A DNA stretch of 64,000 nucleotides from Nitrospirales bacterium (GTDB taxonomy: Bacteria; Nitrospirota; Nitrospiria; Nitrospirales; UBA8639). Under the pieces are notes generated by a model. The model was given only the letters and a program-made list of their open reading frames with translations. It was not told where the DNA came from and did no database searches. The position numbers were made by a program, and so were the translations under genes. Below are positions 29,481 through 39,756 of the stretch, one piece after another. The number at the start of each line of letters is the position of its first letter. Position 1 is the first letter of the stretch. Location of the stretch: assembly GCA_965203295.1 (NCBI GenBank), contig CBDBCZ010000019.1, forward strand, positions 2,368,001-2,432,000. Reading direction: 5' to 3'.

Positions 29481-29618
29481 ATCCTCACTGCTTTGATGAA
29501 CTCATAAAGAAAAGAGTCATTGAGGGTAAAAACTTAGAATATTCTAGCATGCTATGAGCCCATTGTACTTGTATCACGAATTTTAGCGAATCTTTTGTCA
29601 TCGAGGATCCTGCTTCTT

Positions 29619-30065
29619 ATGATTTTTCATTCTGCCTGGAGATCCTGCCAGACAATCTGCCTAGTGCTTGGTTTGATGCTGAGCCTCTTCCTATTGGGCA
29701 CGGCGACTGCCCAGGAGTCACCTCGAACACCTGGTGAAATGGTCCGACTATGGCTCAAGGTTTACCCGAAAGATTTAGAACAGGCTGCACACCTCACCAC
29801 ACTTTCCTTTCGACAGGGCGTATCCAAAAAGGACTGGGTAGAGACCCAAGGCCCGCTCCTTGGCGGGTTGCGGATGCGGTATGGCCAGGCCACCGTGATG
29901 TACGAGAAGATCCGGGGAGAGGAGGCTCAAGTTATCGTGCGTGCCCGTATATCCGGCTTCATGCTAGGAAGTCAAATGAAAGAGGAATTGCATTTCCTCC
30001 AAAAGGGTCCAGAGGGGTCATGGCTGGTTAACCGGATCGTGGAGTATACGGAGAATTATCAATAG
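29619..30065 (+). CDS. Hypothetical secreted protein
   Basis: Signal-peptide-like segment ending ATAQE and a C-terminal L...EGSWLV strand motif. The start is uncertain. Confidence 0.6.
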   Translation: MIFHSAWRSCQTICLVLGLMLSLFLLGTATAQESPRTPGEMVRLWLKVYPKDLEQAAHLTTLSFRQGVSKKDWVETQGPLLGGLRMRYGQATVMYEKIRGEEAQVIVRARISGFMLGSQMKEELHFLQKGPEGSWLVNRIVEYTENYQ

Positions 30066-30232
30066 TCACGAGAATCTTTTATTCTCTCTCAATTTCCCAC
30101 CAAGCTCCTGACACCTAAACCGCAAAGCTGACCATACATCGTCGATCGAGATCTGTCTGAGATGTCTGTCTTCCGCCCTGACGATTTCTTTGGATAACAC
30201 ACCCAAGTGGGTTCCGGTCATGACCTCCCCCT

Positions 30233-30307
30233 GTCATTCCCGTGGAAACGGGAATCCAGGTCTTGTTGGGAAAACCCTGGATGCCCGCTTACGACGGCGG
30301 GCATGAC
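30233..30307. repeat. REP-like paired palindrome (dRS3-like core)
   Basis: GTCATTCCCGTGGAAACGGGAATCCAG followed by an inverted partner CTGGATGCCCGC...GCGGGCATGAC. Contains ATTCCC-N8-GGGAAT. Confidence 0.75.
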
Positions 30308-30437
30308 GACCAAGGTCCCCTGCGTATCGCAGGCTTCTCAACTTCATCTGATAGTATCCGTCAACTGAAATTCAAGTTTTTTACAGCTGAGGTCAGTCAT
30401 GAAATTCCATATTCACCTTTATCGAACGGCTTCATGA

Positions 30438-32595
30438 TCAAAGCTCCGTAACCTGCAAGTACGCCTCATACCAGCGCTTGATTTCACGGACGTATTTCAC
30501 CGGTTCAGCGCCACGGCAGTACCCGTGGCGGGCTTTGCGGGCGTACTTGCGCTTCGAAAGTAAAAGAATTGCCTTCTCCACATTCCCAAACCAGCGGTTG
30601 GGATTCATCCTTAACTTCCGAGCCAAGCGTCGAGCATCCCACACATGCCCGTAACCCGCGTTGTACGCAGCCAACGTAAACCACATCCGGTCCTCTACGG
30701 GCAGCTCCGGTTCAAACCGATCCCGTACCCAATCGAGATAGTGCACCCCTGCATGAATCCCGGCTTCAGGCGTGCGAAAATCGTGAAAGCCTAAACTCTT
30801 CGCCGTCCGAGGAAGCACCTGCATCAGCCCCACTGCGCCAGCCCAAGAGCGGGCCTCGTGATCGAAGCGACTTTCTTGATACATTTGCGCCACCACCAAT
30901 CGCCAGTCAAACCCAAACTGATCTGCATACTTTTGCACCAAGGCATCGTAGGGAGAAAGTTCACCCGTGCGGCTTGCGCGAAACTCGACGTGTGTGCACA
31001 TAGTGCGCGCGTTCTTAAAATATTTGTTCAGGGTGATGTTATAAAATACCCCACGGTATTCTTTCTTCATGTATTGATTGATGGCATCCAACAGCGCGTG
31101 GTTGGACACGCGCACGGCCCAGCCATGCGCTTCAGGATCGGTCACTGGAAACGCTGCGCGAATGTCTTCGCGCCATGTCAATTCAATATCGAGGAGATTG
31201 CTGTCGGCTACCGTCAAGTCGTACTCGCCTGTGGCCACCTTCACAATGATCTCTTCAGTTTCGAGATCCTCAGGCGCGGCCTCTAACGTCAGCGCAATGC
31301 CTTGACCTTTAAGTGCCTCAAGCCGTCTGCCAATACGCGCTACTGCGGCGAACCACAAGAGTACGACCGGCAAGATCCTCTGGTCCCTGAAGTTGATCAT
31401 CCGGTTCATCAGCACGAGTGACGACAATTTCAGAAGCTTTAAAGTAGGGCCTGGAAAAGGCCACACCCTGGGCTTCCCGCTCAGGTAAAATCGTCATCGA
31501 AGCCGCAATTACATCGCCTTTCCCTTCCACCAACCATGGGATCAGATCCTCTCGACTCGGCGGCACTACCATCTCCACTCGTAGCTTGTGCTTCTTGGCA
31601 AAATGTCGCGCCAACTCGTACTCAAAGCCCAGCAGTTCCCCGCGCCACAGGAAATACGTGGCAGGATTATTCCGGGTCAGTACCCACAAGACGCCATGTT
31701 TCTTAATGCCCCCAAGATCATCGCGTGATACGGAAGGACGGGAATGAGCCAACTTGGCATCAGTCAGAATCGTATTGAGCGCAGCGAGCAAGTTAGGAGC
31801 ATTGGGACGTACACCCCAGGCCACCGGGCGATCCTTTGTCAGGTCAAACGACGGCCGCAGGTCAGATCGATAAGTGAGCACGGCGCGCATCAAATTGCTA
31901 TCGACCACGGTGACATCGAAGTCACCATGCGCCACGCCATCCAAGAGTTGTTCCGGATCCAAATGCGCGGGAGCCTCCTGAATTTGAATGTCGGGATGTT
32001 TCTTTTTTAGCTCGACAACCGTGCCACAAAACGAGGATGATCGCGGAACCACAATCGTGCAGCCCTTCAGATCTGCGGGCTTGTGTAAGGTGTCATCATC
32101 TTGTCGGGTAACCAGTTGCTCTCGAACAATGGTCACCGGAACAGAAAAATCAATCTGTGCTTTGCGCTGCGGAGTCACCGTAAAGTTCGCAGCAATCAGA
32201 TCCCCTTTGCCCTCCAATAAGGAAGGAAGCAACTCGTCAAGACCATTCACCGTCACCCGAACGAGTTTCAAATCCAAAGAGAATGCCAGACTCCCAAGGA
32301 ACTCTTCCTCCACATCATGCGGAAACCTTTGGCGAGGCAGGTGCGCAACAGAAGCATGCGGTGGACTCAACACACGCAGATAGCCACGTGATTTAAGAGC
32401 GTCGAGATCACCGGTTTCCAGATAGGTGGGTGCTGAGGAAACAAAAGCAGAGGGCTTAGATGACTCTTTGGACTCTTCCTCTGCCCCACAACTAAGAAGG
32501 AGGAGTAGCCCAACCATCAATGCCAGACAAAAATGAAGACAGGTAAGGAGTGGAGATCGAAATGCAAAGCTATTGAATTTGGAGTTACACCACAT
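30438..32595 (-). pseudogene. MltF-like lipoprotein (two solute-binding domains plus SLT domain), frameshifted
   Basis: Lipobox-like LLSC, duplicated SBP domains, and SLT motifs YQESRF, GLMQV and AAYNAG. One extra G at about 31324 (TGG CAG ACG [G] CTT GAG) splits the gene. Confidence 0.88.
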
Positions 32596-32754
32596 CTCAC
32601 AAAGCTTACATGGATGAGAAAAAAAATAAAAACAGAGACTCAGGCCCTGACTTTTCCCAATGACTTTTTTGCCATTAATGTAAGAAATTGACACGTTCGT
32701 CAAGACACCGTGGCCTAAATCTTGACGTGCTATAGACCGAAGGAGCAAGCGGTC

Positions 32755-33680
32755 ATGCCCTACGTTGGGACAAAACAGGTAGCTGGTTATCAAGTGTTGC
32801 TCCGGAGCAGAGATCTCTACGAGCGCGCTGTGCAGGCTCGGGGCAAGCTACAGTCCTGCCGGGTTTGTCCCCGCCATTGTGAGGTGAATCGAATTGCGGG
32901 TGAGTTGGGAACCTGTTTGGTGGGGTCAAAAGCGTTGGTCGCCAGCGCGAATCCGCATTTCGGAGAAGAATTTCCCATTCGAGGATGGTTTGGCTCAGGC
33001 ACTATTTTCTTTGCCGGCTGTAATTTGCGCTGTCTCTATTGTCAGAACTTTGATATTAACCACCAACCCAATGGCCAGGAATTGGAGCCCGAGTAACTCG
33101 CCAGTCTTATGCTGGACCTTCAAGAGCAGGGGTGTCATAACATCAATTTCGTCAGCCCATCCCACCAAGTGCCTCAGATGCTAGAGGGCATCCTGAACGC
33201 CGGGCAGCGGGGACTCTGTCTTCCTATTGTCTATAACACCAGTAGTTATGACGACGTGGACATGTTGAAGCTGCTTGACGGCATGGTCGATTTTATATGC
33301 CGGACTTCAAATACGCCGACACGGTTGTTGGTCGCAGACTCTCAAAGATTCCTGATTATCCAGCCAGAGCCCAAGCAGCCCTCAAGGAAATGCATCGGCA
33401 AGTGGGCGATTTAGAGCTTGATGACGAAGGGCTTGCCGTGCGTGGTATCTTGGTGCGACATCTTGTGTCACCTGGAGGACTCGCTGGTACAGAAGAAGTG
33501 ATGCACTTCTTGGCGACTGAAGTCTCGCGAGATACATACGTGAATATGATGGACCAATACCATCCGGCTGCAAAAGCTGATCACTACCCCATCCTCAATC
33601 GTCTCGTCACCTCCAGAGAAGTGGAAGATGCCAGAAATTTGGCTCATACCTGCGGTCTCTATCGAATACATGAAGAATAG
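32755..33680 (+). pseudogene. Radical SAM protein (PflX-like), two lesions
   Basis: Motifs CPRHC, HFGEE, GTIFF.GCNLRCLYCQN, GCHNIN and MPDFKY. In-frame TAA at 33094-33096 and a 1-bp deletion near 33291. Confidence 0.9.
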
Positions 33681-33811
33681 TAGGATGAGTCCGTCACCTC
33701 CCGTTTCATTTCTTGCCCTGGCCGAGGGATTGATGGCCCCCTTTCTTACACGCGATCGACGTTTGGCCTCTAGCTCTGGCCATCGGGCAACGACCGAGGG
33801 TATCTGATGTT

Positions 33812-34027
33812 ATGAAGAAATCTTTCTTCTGCATCACCGTTTTAATCGTGAGCTTGCTCTACCAAGGTTGTAGTACCGAATCATTCAAACGAACGCTCTA
33901 TGACATGTTTCAGAGTTATGGTGAGCAGCAATGCCAACAAGATCCCAATGCGACGTGTGAAGGGCAGAACTATGAAGAGTATCAACGCGAACGCGACGCA
34001 CAGCAGACCCATAAAGACCGCGAATGA
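33812..34027 (+). CDS. Small putative lipoprotein
   Basis: MKK, a hydrophobic stretch, then GC. Also a Cys pair and YEEYQRER. Confidence 0.65.
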   Translation: MKKSFFCITVLIVSLLYQGCSTESFKRTLYDMFQSYGEQQCQQDPNATCEGQNYEEYQRERDAQQTHKDRE

Positions 34028-34073
34028 AGATACTAGAATGACTGAAGGCTGGACTTAAGATTTGGTCACAAGG

Positions 34074-34502
34074 CTATGAAAAGTGTTTCTTGAGGGCTTG
34101 CAACACGGCCTGGTATATGGGATTATACAATTCCCCAACGGCTTCATCATTCGGCGAATCATAGGTCGATTGCCACTCCACAAATGTCGTGTCGTTTTCT
34201 GTGATGGGTGACACGCGGACTGCTCCGACATAGTTCTTGACGGCATCCTTCGCCACTGGACCAGGTCCATCATCGATACTGTATGGGAATGTGTGTTCCG
34301 TATCGTCCAACGACAACAATGTTTCATGAAAGAGGTCATTGAGTATGCGTTTGGCACCAATTTGATTCTCTTTGAGTTCCCCGACGACGTCAGTCTTTGT
34401 CACCACCCCTTTCGCCCAGTTCAAATCATGAAAGTTTCGAATAATTTTCCAGACCACATTGCACGGGGCATTGATCACGACAGAGTTATAGCACTTTCCC
34501 AT
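34074..34502 (-). CDS. SRPBCC/polyketide cyclase family protein
   Basis: Patterns INAP...VW..IRNF, IGAKR, YSI and TFVEW. RBS AAGGAG. Confidence 0.85.
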   Translation of the reverse strand: MGKCYNSVVINAPCNVVWKIIRNFHDLNWAKGVVTKTDVVGELKENQIGAKRILNDLFHETLLSLDDTEHTFPYSIDDGPGPVAKDAVKNYVGAVRVSPITENDTTFVEWQSTYDSPNDEAVGELYNPIYQAVLQALKKHFS

Positions 34503-34622
34503 CGTTGTTCTCCTTCATTAAGACATTGACCAAGCTCGGTGGAGTATGGTTCTGAACGTACGCATTACACTCCCTGTGAATTCCTTTCCTGTCCATAGAA
34601 CATAACGCGATCGAGAGAGTCT

Positions 34623-34907
34623 TCATTTTTCATGAAATAGGGCTGCGACTTCCTCGTAAATCCTACGACGATGTCCTATTGCCACGACTCTCAATATCCT
34701 CTGCCGGGTATCAATGGAGTACACAATTCGAAATCGTTTAACACGATACCTCCAATATCCCTCGAGCTCTTTAACAAGTGGTGTGCCACTTTCGGAATTC
34801 TCGTTGATGTGCCGAAATGCAGACTTTATATGTCCTTTGAGTTCAGGAGGGAAATGCCAGATGATTTCAGTGATATGGGCGGGGATATCAAGTCGAAAGA
34901 GTTTCAC
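34623..34907 (-). CDS. RelE/ParE family toxin
   Basis: G.PL..ELEGYWRYRV..FRIVY...AIGHRRRIY. GTGA overlap with the antitoxin gene. Confidence 0.9.
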   Translation of the reverse strand: MKLFRLDIPAHITEIIWHFPPELKGHIKSAFRHINENSESGTPLVKELEGYWRYRVKRFRIVYSIDTRQRILRVVAIGHRRRIYEEVAALFHEK

Positions 34908-35200
34908 GACCGACGAGATTTCTTGGGAGGCATGAGTGGTTCACCAAATACATCTTCAAACGTCAGCCCCTTTTTTCCTCTTTGGTAAAAATCTTGGCTC
35001 TGGCGTAACTGTCGCATAAGGTCAGGATCGCTGAGAACATCGATTGTCTCTTTGAGACGTTCGTACTCACCGTAATTGATAAGGACCGCTGCAGGTTTCC
35101 TTTTGCGAGTCACGACGACCTCTTCTTCACGTTCTTCAACATCTGTGACTAGCGCAGGCAGCTTCGCCTTGACTTCGGAGATGGGAAGTGTTTTCGACAT
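34904..35200 (-). CDS. Phd/YefM family antitoxin
   Basis: ISEVKAKL..LV..V....VVVTR..KPAAVLI...YE.LKET. Confidence 0.92.
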   Translation of the reverse strand: MSKTLPISEVKAKLPALVTDVEEREEEVVVTRKRKPAAVLINYGEYERLKETIDVLSDPDLMRQLRQSQDFYQRGKKGLTFEDVFGEPLMPPKKSRRS

Positions 35201-35218
35201 GGTTCGCCCCTATTTTAG

Positions 35219-35238
35219 TTGACCAGAATTTTGGTCAA
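35219..35238. promoter_or_regulatory. Palindromic operator upstream of the TA operon
   Basis: TTGACCA-GAATTT-TGGTCAA, 18 nt upstream of the antitoxin ATG. Confidence 0.65.
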
Positions 35239-35360
35239 TGAAATTGATTACGATAAGACAGCCGGATGTGTCAATCGTCTATAGACCGGCATCTGGTCTT
35301 GCTTTCAGGCAGCCAAATGATGTTCCACCGGTTATAGTGGTGAGGCCTTTATAAATATTA

Positions 35361-36819
35361 TTATGCAGAAACCCAGCCATATACATGGTAGCTAGGAATC
35401 GGCCCTTCTTCCAGATAGCCATTTTGATTGTGCTCAGATAATCCTTTGGTAACTCATTCCTCTTCGCCTTCACATCAACTCCGAACAGTTGAGCAACATT
35501 CAACCCCAAGATTTTTGCTTTGATCTCTTGGGTTAAAACCGGGTAGCCATGACGTTCCCGCAGCTCTTCTGGAATGTGGAATCGTCGAAAGGCTTCAATC
35601 TGCCATTGCGGGGTGCCGTATCAAATGGAGTCGGTTCCCCACACGACATGATCCTCATCAAAGGCAACAAGAAGCTGCCCTAATAGGTGGGCGCAGATGA
35701 TTGGCTCAGTCACCACCAATTTGAGCAAAAGTTGAGCCGAGCTCCATGTAGATGTTTTGCAGTTTTGGGTGCTTTTGCTTCATCCGACAAAATTCACTGG
35801 TCCAAGGCACTTCACCTTTTCGCGCTTTATTCTGATCGATCCGATGCACCCCAAGAAACCCCGCATGGTAGAGAAGGAAGTTGAGCTTTGGGAAATCCTT
35901 GGCAGTTTGAATGGTATCGCGTGGGTGGTTGTAGTCAGCCACTGGGCCTAAGGGCAAGCCTTTGTGCGCGCAGACTTTGGTGATGCCCAGCCTCTGCGAT
36001 TTTTCCAACATGGGATAGGCAATATCCTCATCACTGAGCCACCATCCATGATTAAATCCTTGGGGGGGTGCTCCGGTATAACATTTCCAGGTATCGACCT
36101 TAAGCGTTTCAGCCTGTTGATCCATGAAGTCGAGATCAACCTTACCCAACTGCGGCATGACGAGCCCATGAGCGAGCATGCGCTGGGACTCAGTAAGATG
36201 GTTGATTTCATCACGAATGTGAGTCATCTCTTTGGGTGGAACGACTGATTCCCAGGGATAGGGGCCTGGTGGTGTGCTGATCATCGCCAGCGAGGTGTCA
36301 CTATCGAGGAAGACTTCTTTGACATAATTTTCCCAACTGAGATCATCCATCGTGCCTGCGTCTGCCGACAGTTTGGGATTGAGCCCCATATCTCGGGCAC
36401 GGCGTCGTAATCCTAACAGAGCCTGCCGCCATCCCTCCTTCTTAAACGTCGAACTGACATAATGGGTTTGCACATCAAAGGCTCACCTCGTCGTTCTTGA
36501 AAGGCATGAGGCTCTGCCGCTTCGACTTCCAGAATATCAAAGAATTTTCCAAACACGTGGTTCATGGCGAGCAAGGCAACAGCCATGCCCCCAGTCGTTC
36601 TTAAAAACTCACGTCGATCGATGCCCAGACGCTGGCTCATTTTTTCGCTGATTGTGTGAATCAGCCAGTCGACGTGAGCTTGTTTATTCGTTTGGTGAGG
36701 TGGGGAAAATTCCTCGTTTGAGACAACACGAGTGGGAAGGGGTGAATCTGATGTGAACCCCTTTTTCAATCCGCTTGGCCTTGGTTTGCTCAAGGAGTCC
36801 TCCGTTGTGGTTGAGACAC
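35361..36819 (-). pseudogene. Amidohydrolase-family protein with a Tat-like RREFL motif, at least four lesions
   Basis: Motifs DVQTH, HKG, YHAG and WGTDS. Frameshifts near 36480, 35720 and 35419, and a TGG-to-TGA stop at 35621-35623. The reconstructed end is YGWVSA* at 35361. Confidence 0.88.
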
Positions 36820-37058
36820 GATTCTCCTCATCAAAACACATTCTTAAAAGGATCACTTCCAATCCCGATGTTAAATTTTACTCGTTTCATGCTCCGAAGG
36901 CCATGCAACTGACATTGGCCGGTAAACCTTTCGAGGTTTTGCATGTAAGACTTCCTGCTAGAGAACAAACTTCTGCAGGGTTGCAGGGAGCCATAACCCC
37001 CTACTATAATCCACGCCATGCTATACGGTTTTACCTATTTTGATTGGGGGTCGGTTTC

Positions 37059-37373
37059 ATGAGCACATTGCCTCTTTCGTTTCGAGTGAGAAATGCCGTC
37101 GTTGAAAAGCATCAACTTGAAGGAATTGACCCCAGTGATCGCTATTTTAATCGGTTGGTGTTGGTGAAACGGGTGGACCGTGGGTTTACGGCTAAGGTGA
37201 CCTACGAGTCATTCGAAACTGAGAGCGAAACCCACCCCACAGTGGCTTCTGCTATCAAAGCGGTCGTTGATAAACTTCGTGATGTTGGCTTTACGCAATT
37301 GCGGACACGTCTCAATTTCAAAGGCCAAAAATATTTGGCCGAAAAAGAATCATGGATTGACTATCCGGATTAA
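37059..37373 (+). CDS. Hypothetical protein
   Basis: Clean 104-aa ORF with protein-like composition. No recognised motif. Confidence 0.7.
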   Translation: MSTLPLSFRVRNAVVEKHQLEGIDPSDRYFNRLVLVKRVDRGFTAKVTYESFETESETHPTVASAIKAVVDKLRDVGFTQLRTRLNFKGQKYLAEKESWIDYPD

Positions 37374-37582
37374 GTCACTGGACTACCCTCGTTTAGTCTA
37401 CATTTCTCCTCCCTTATTTTATCTCTATCTTCTTTATCCCACCCGCCAGCAATATGTTCAATCATGAGTGGACGGGTTCCTCACTTCTCGTCCCCGAAGC
37501 GGTATGCAGGCATCCAAGATGTTTGGTTCACTCGTTTTTATTTGAGCCGGGGCAAAACCCGACGAAGCGGAACTGTGAACGA

Positions 37583-37658
37583 GAAACTCAGATCTTTGAA
37601 CTTTAAACCCGAAACTCTAAACTGTCTTCTTAGACCCGACACCTTAAACTTGAAACTC
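37583..37658. repeat. Degenerate heptamer tandem repeat
   Basis: GAAACTC AGATCTT TGAACTT TAAACCC GAAACTC TAAACTG (TCTTCT) TAGACCC GACACCT TAAACTT GAAACTC. Confidence 0.7.
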
Positions 37659-37703
37659 CCTTCCCAGAAACTGTCTGACAGCTCAAATACAAAGTTTTAC
37701 ACT

Positions 37704-38825
37704 TCATTTCACAAATTGCTCAAAGACCAAGTCGTGAATGAATGGGCGAAAAGCCTGAATCTTTGTATTGTCTCGACTCGGATGGACTCGGTTGGACAGG
37801 AGGACAACGCATATATCACGCTCGGGATGGATCCAAAAGGATGCCCCGGTAAATCCAAGGTGTCCAAACGACTGAGAAGAAAATCGTGTTCCGCATGAAG
37901 AGGGTTCGGACGGTGTATCCCATCCTAAGGCCCAACTGGATTGGCTCGTTTGATCTTTTCTTGTTACAAATTGTTTTGCTAACTTACTCGCAAACAGAGA
38001 CGATCGTCCGCGAATGCTGTTCAACCATTCTGCTGCTACAATACTGACCGCTTGGGCGGTCCCGAATAATCCGGCATGTCCAGCAATACCTCCCAGCGCG
38101 TAGGCGTTTTCATCATGCACTTCACCATGAATCAACCGGGCCCTCCATGAATCCTCTTCTGTCGGTGCGACATCATTTCCAAGTTTCTCTTGACCTTGAG
38201 AAAATCCATCAGGTCCTATAAACCCAAATGGGATGGCGTTCAATTTGGCCAAAAACCTTTCTTCACAATAGGAGGCGAGGGATTGTTTTGTGCATCGTTC
38301 AATGAGCAGGCCCAGGAGAATAAAGCCTAAATCACTGTAGAGCGTCTTGGGGCAGCTGGGTTTTTCAAGTTCTTCTTCTCCAATCAGTCGGATCATGTGA
38401 GCTTTGCGGATTTCGACCTCGGAAGGATCTGAAGGCGGTCTACCGGTCAGTGAGAGTTTCTGATAGAAGGGTCGCCAGGCTGGAAGGCCAGAAGCATGAC
38501 ACAAGAGTTGGTGAATCGTGACTCGACCAATTTCATGATCCGCCACTTCATGAAGCCAGTCTTTCACCGTCTGATCCAGCCTCATCTTTCCATCTTGGAC
38601 AAGGCAGAGAATAGCCGTAGCTGTCGCCAGGGGTTTGGTGAGAGAGGCAAGGTCGTAGACGGTTTCATGAACGACCAGGGGAGCTATTGGGCTTTGACTG
38701 ACTCGGCCAACAGCGTTGAGATACACATTGTCGCTACCCTGCCTCACCAACAAGACAGCGCCAGGGAACACCCCCTCGGCCACAGCCTGTTCAAGGGCTT
38801 CGGCAATGGAGTTTCCCTTCAACAC
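37704..38825 (-). CDS. Serine hydrolase, beta-lactamase/AmiE-like family
   Basis: Motifs DLASLTK (SxxK), HASGLP, YSDLG, GEVHDENA, GHAGLF and GHLGFTG. Confidence 0.92.
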   Translation of the reverse strand: MLKGNSIAEALEQAVAEGVFPGAVLLVRQGSDNVYLNAVGRVSQSPIAPLVVHETVYDLASLTKPLATATAILCLVQDGKMRLDQTVKDWLHEVADHEIGRVTIHQLLCHASGLPAWRPFYQKLSLTGRPPSDPSEVEIRKAHMIRLIGEEELEKPSCPKTLYSDLGFILLGLLIERCTKQSLASYCEERFLAKLNAIPFGFIGPDGFSQGQEKLGNDVAPTEEDSWRARLIHGEVHDENAYALGGIAGHAGLFGTAQAVSIVAAEWLNSIRGRSSLFASKLAKQFVTRKDQTSQSSWALGWDTPSEPSSCGTRFSSQSFGHLGFTGASFWIHPERDICVVLLSNRVHPSRDNTKIQAFRPFIHDLVFEQFVK

Positions 38826-38839
38826 TAAAAAATCCTCGG

Positions 38840-39382
38840 CTAAATGTCTGATTGGTTTTGATTGTTCGCAGGAACGAATGGGTATGGCGAGTCGGATTCT
38901 TCCTTGTTGAAAAACTCCCCCACAGTTCCTCCCTCCTCAATCTCTAACATGCGTTCAAACGTCTGGAGGGTAGAGCGAATTTGTTCGAAGGTGATCACTC
39001 GCTGGCGACGCAGGTTGGTCAGACTCTGTTGCAGTTCTGTTAATTGAGTGCGGGATTGGGCAAGCATTTCTTCTGATTTCAGCTCTGCTTCTTTGAGCAT
39101 CATATCGGCATCGTGTTGGGCACCGCGTTTCAGCTGATCAGTAAAGGTTTGGGTGGTAATTAAGGCGTTCGTCAGAGCGGCTTCTGCTTTTCGAAGTTCA
39201 GTTAACTCCTCTTCCCGGGCAGCGACTTTTTCTCGCAAAGTCGAATTTTCTCGGAGCAAGGTTTCCACCGTCACTGCCATCTCTTCTAGGAATTGATTTA
39301 CCTGACGAGGTTGATAACCCCGAAATTGAACTTTAAATGTCCGATGTTGGATGTCAAGTGGTGTGAGTTTCATAGTTTCCAT
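38840..39382 (-). CDS. DivIVA domain protein
   Basis: LTPLDI....F....RGY...V..FL followed by coiled coil. Confidence 0.92.
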   Translation of the reverse strand: METMKLTPLDIQHRTFKVQFRGYQPRQVNQFLEEMAVTVETLLRENSTLREKVAAREEELTELRKAEAALTNALITTQTFTDQLKRGAQHDADMMLKEAELKSEEMLAQSRTQLTELQQSLTNLRRQRVITFEQIRSTLQTFERMLEIEEGGTVGEFFNKEESDSPYPFVPANNQNQSDI

Positions 39383-39398
39383 CCTTTTTTCGTTGTCT

Positions 39399-39701
39399 CT
39401 AATGCAAACGAATCGCAACATCCCGAATCGTCTTTACAACAGCATATTGCAAAAACATGATAATCAAAATAGCGATGATTGGTGAAAAATCTATCCCGCC
39501 GACAAAAGAGAAAGGAATCCGCTGACGAATAGTAAAGAGCACGGGCTCAGTAAGGCGTATCAAAATCTGCACGATGGGATTCCATGGGTCTGGATTCACC
39601 CAGGAGAGCAAGGCTCGAATGATGATGATCCACATGTACAGAAATAAGATCGTATCCAAGATGTAGGCAATGCCATGTAAAATGTTACCAGCAACAAACA
39701 T
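39399..39701 (-). CDS. yggT: YggT family membrane protein
   Basis: LSWVNPDPWNPIV...LTEP...IDFSP. Confidence 0.93.
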   Translation of the reverse strand: MFVAGNILHGIAYILDTILFLYMWIIIIRALLSWVNPDPWNPIVQILIRLTEPVLFTIRQRIPFSFVGGIDFSPIIAILIIMFLQYAVVKTIRDVAIRLH

Positions 39702-39756
39702 TCTGTTCCCCTCACTCAGTTGGGCTCTTATCTTCTAAGGAAAGACTTCTCTCCAG

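Noticed and set aside
34600..34606. GTTATGT core site on the minus strand just after the toxin stop, as a possible attC end
   Set aside because: There is no R'' box or palindrome between the stop and the site, so the TA pair cannot be called a cassette.
33094..35623. Stop-codon recoding (Sec, Pyl or an alternative code) to explain the in-frame stops
   Set aside because: The stops are mixed (TAA and TGA) and co-occur with frameshifts, and TGA terminates many core genes normally.
37464..37898. 144-aa plus-strand ORF
   Set aside because: It runs through the heptamer repeat and overlaps the serine hydrolase antisense, so it is likely spurious.
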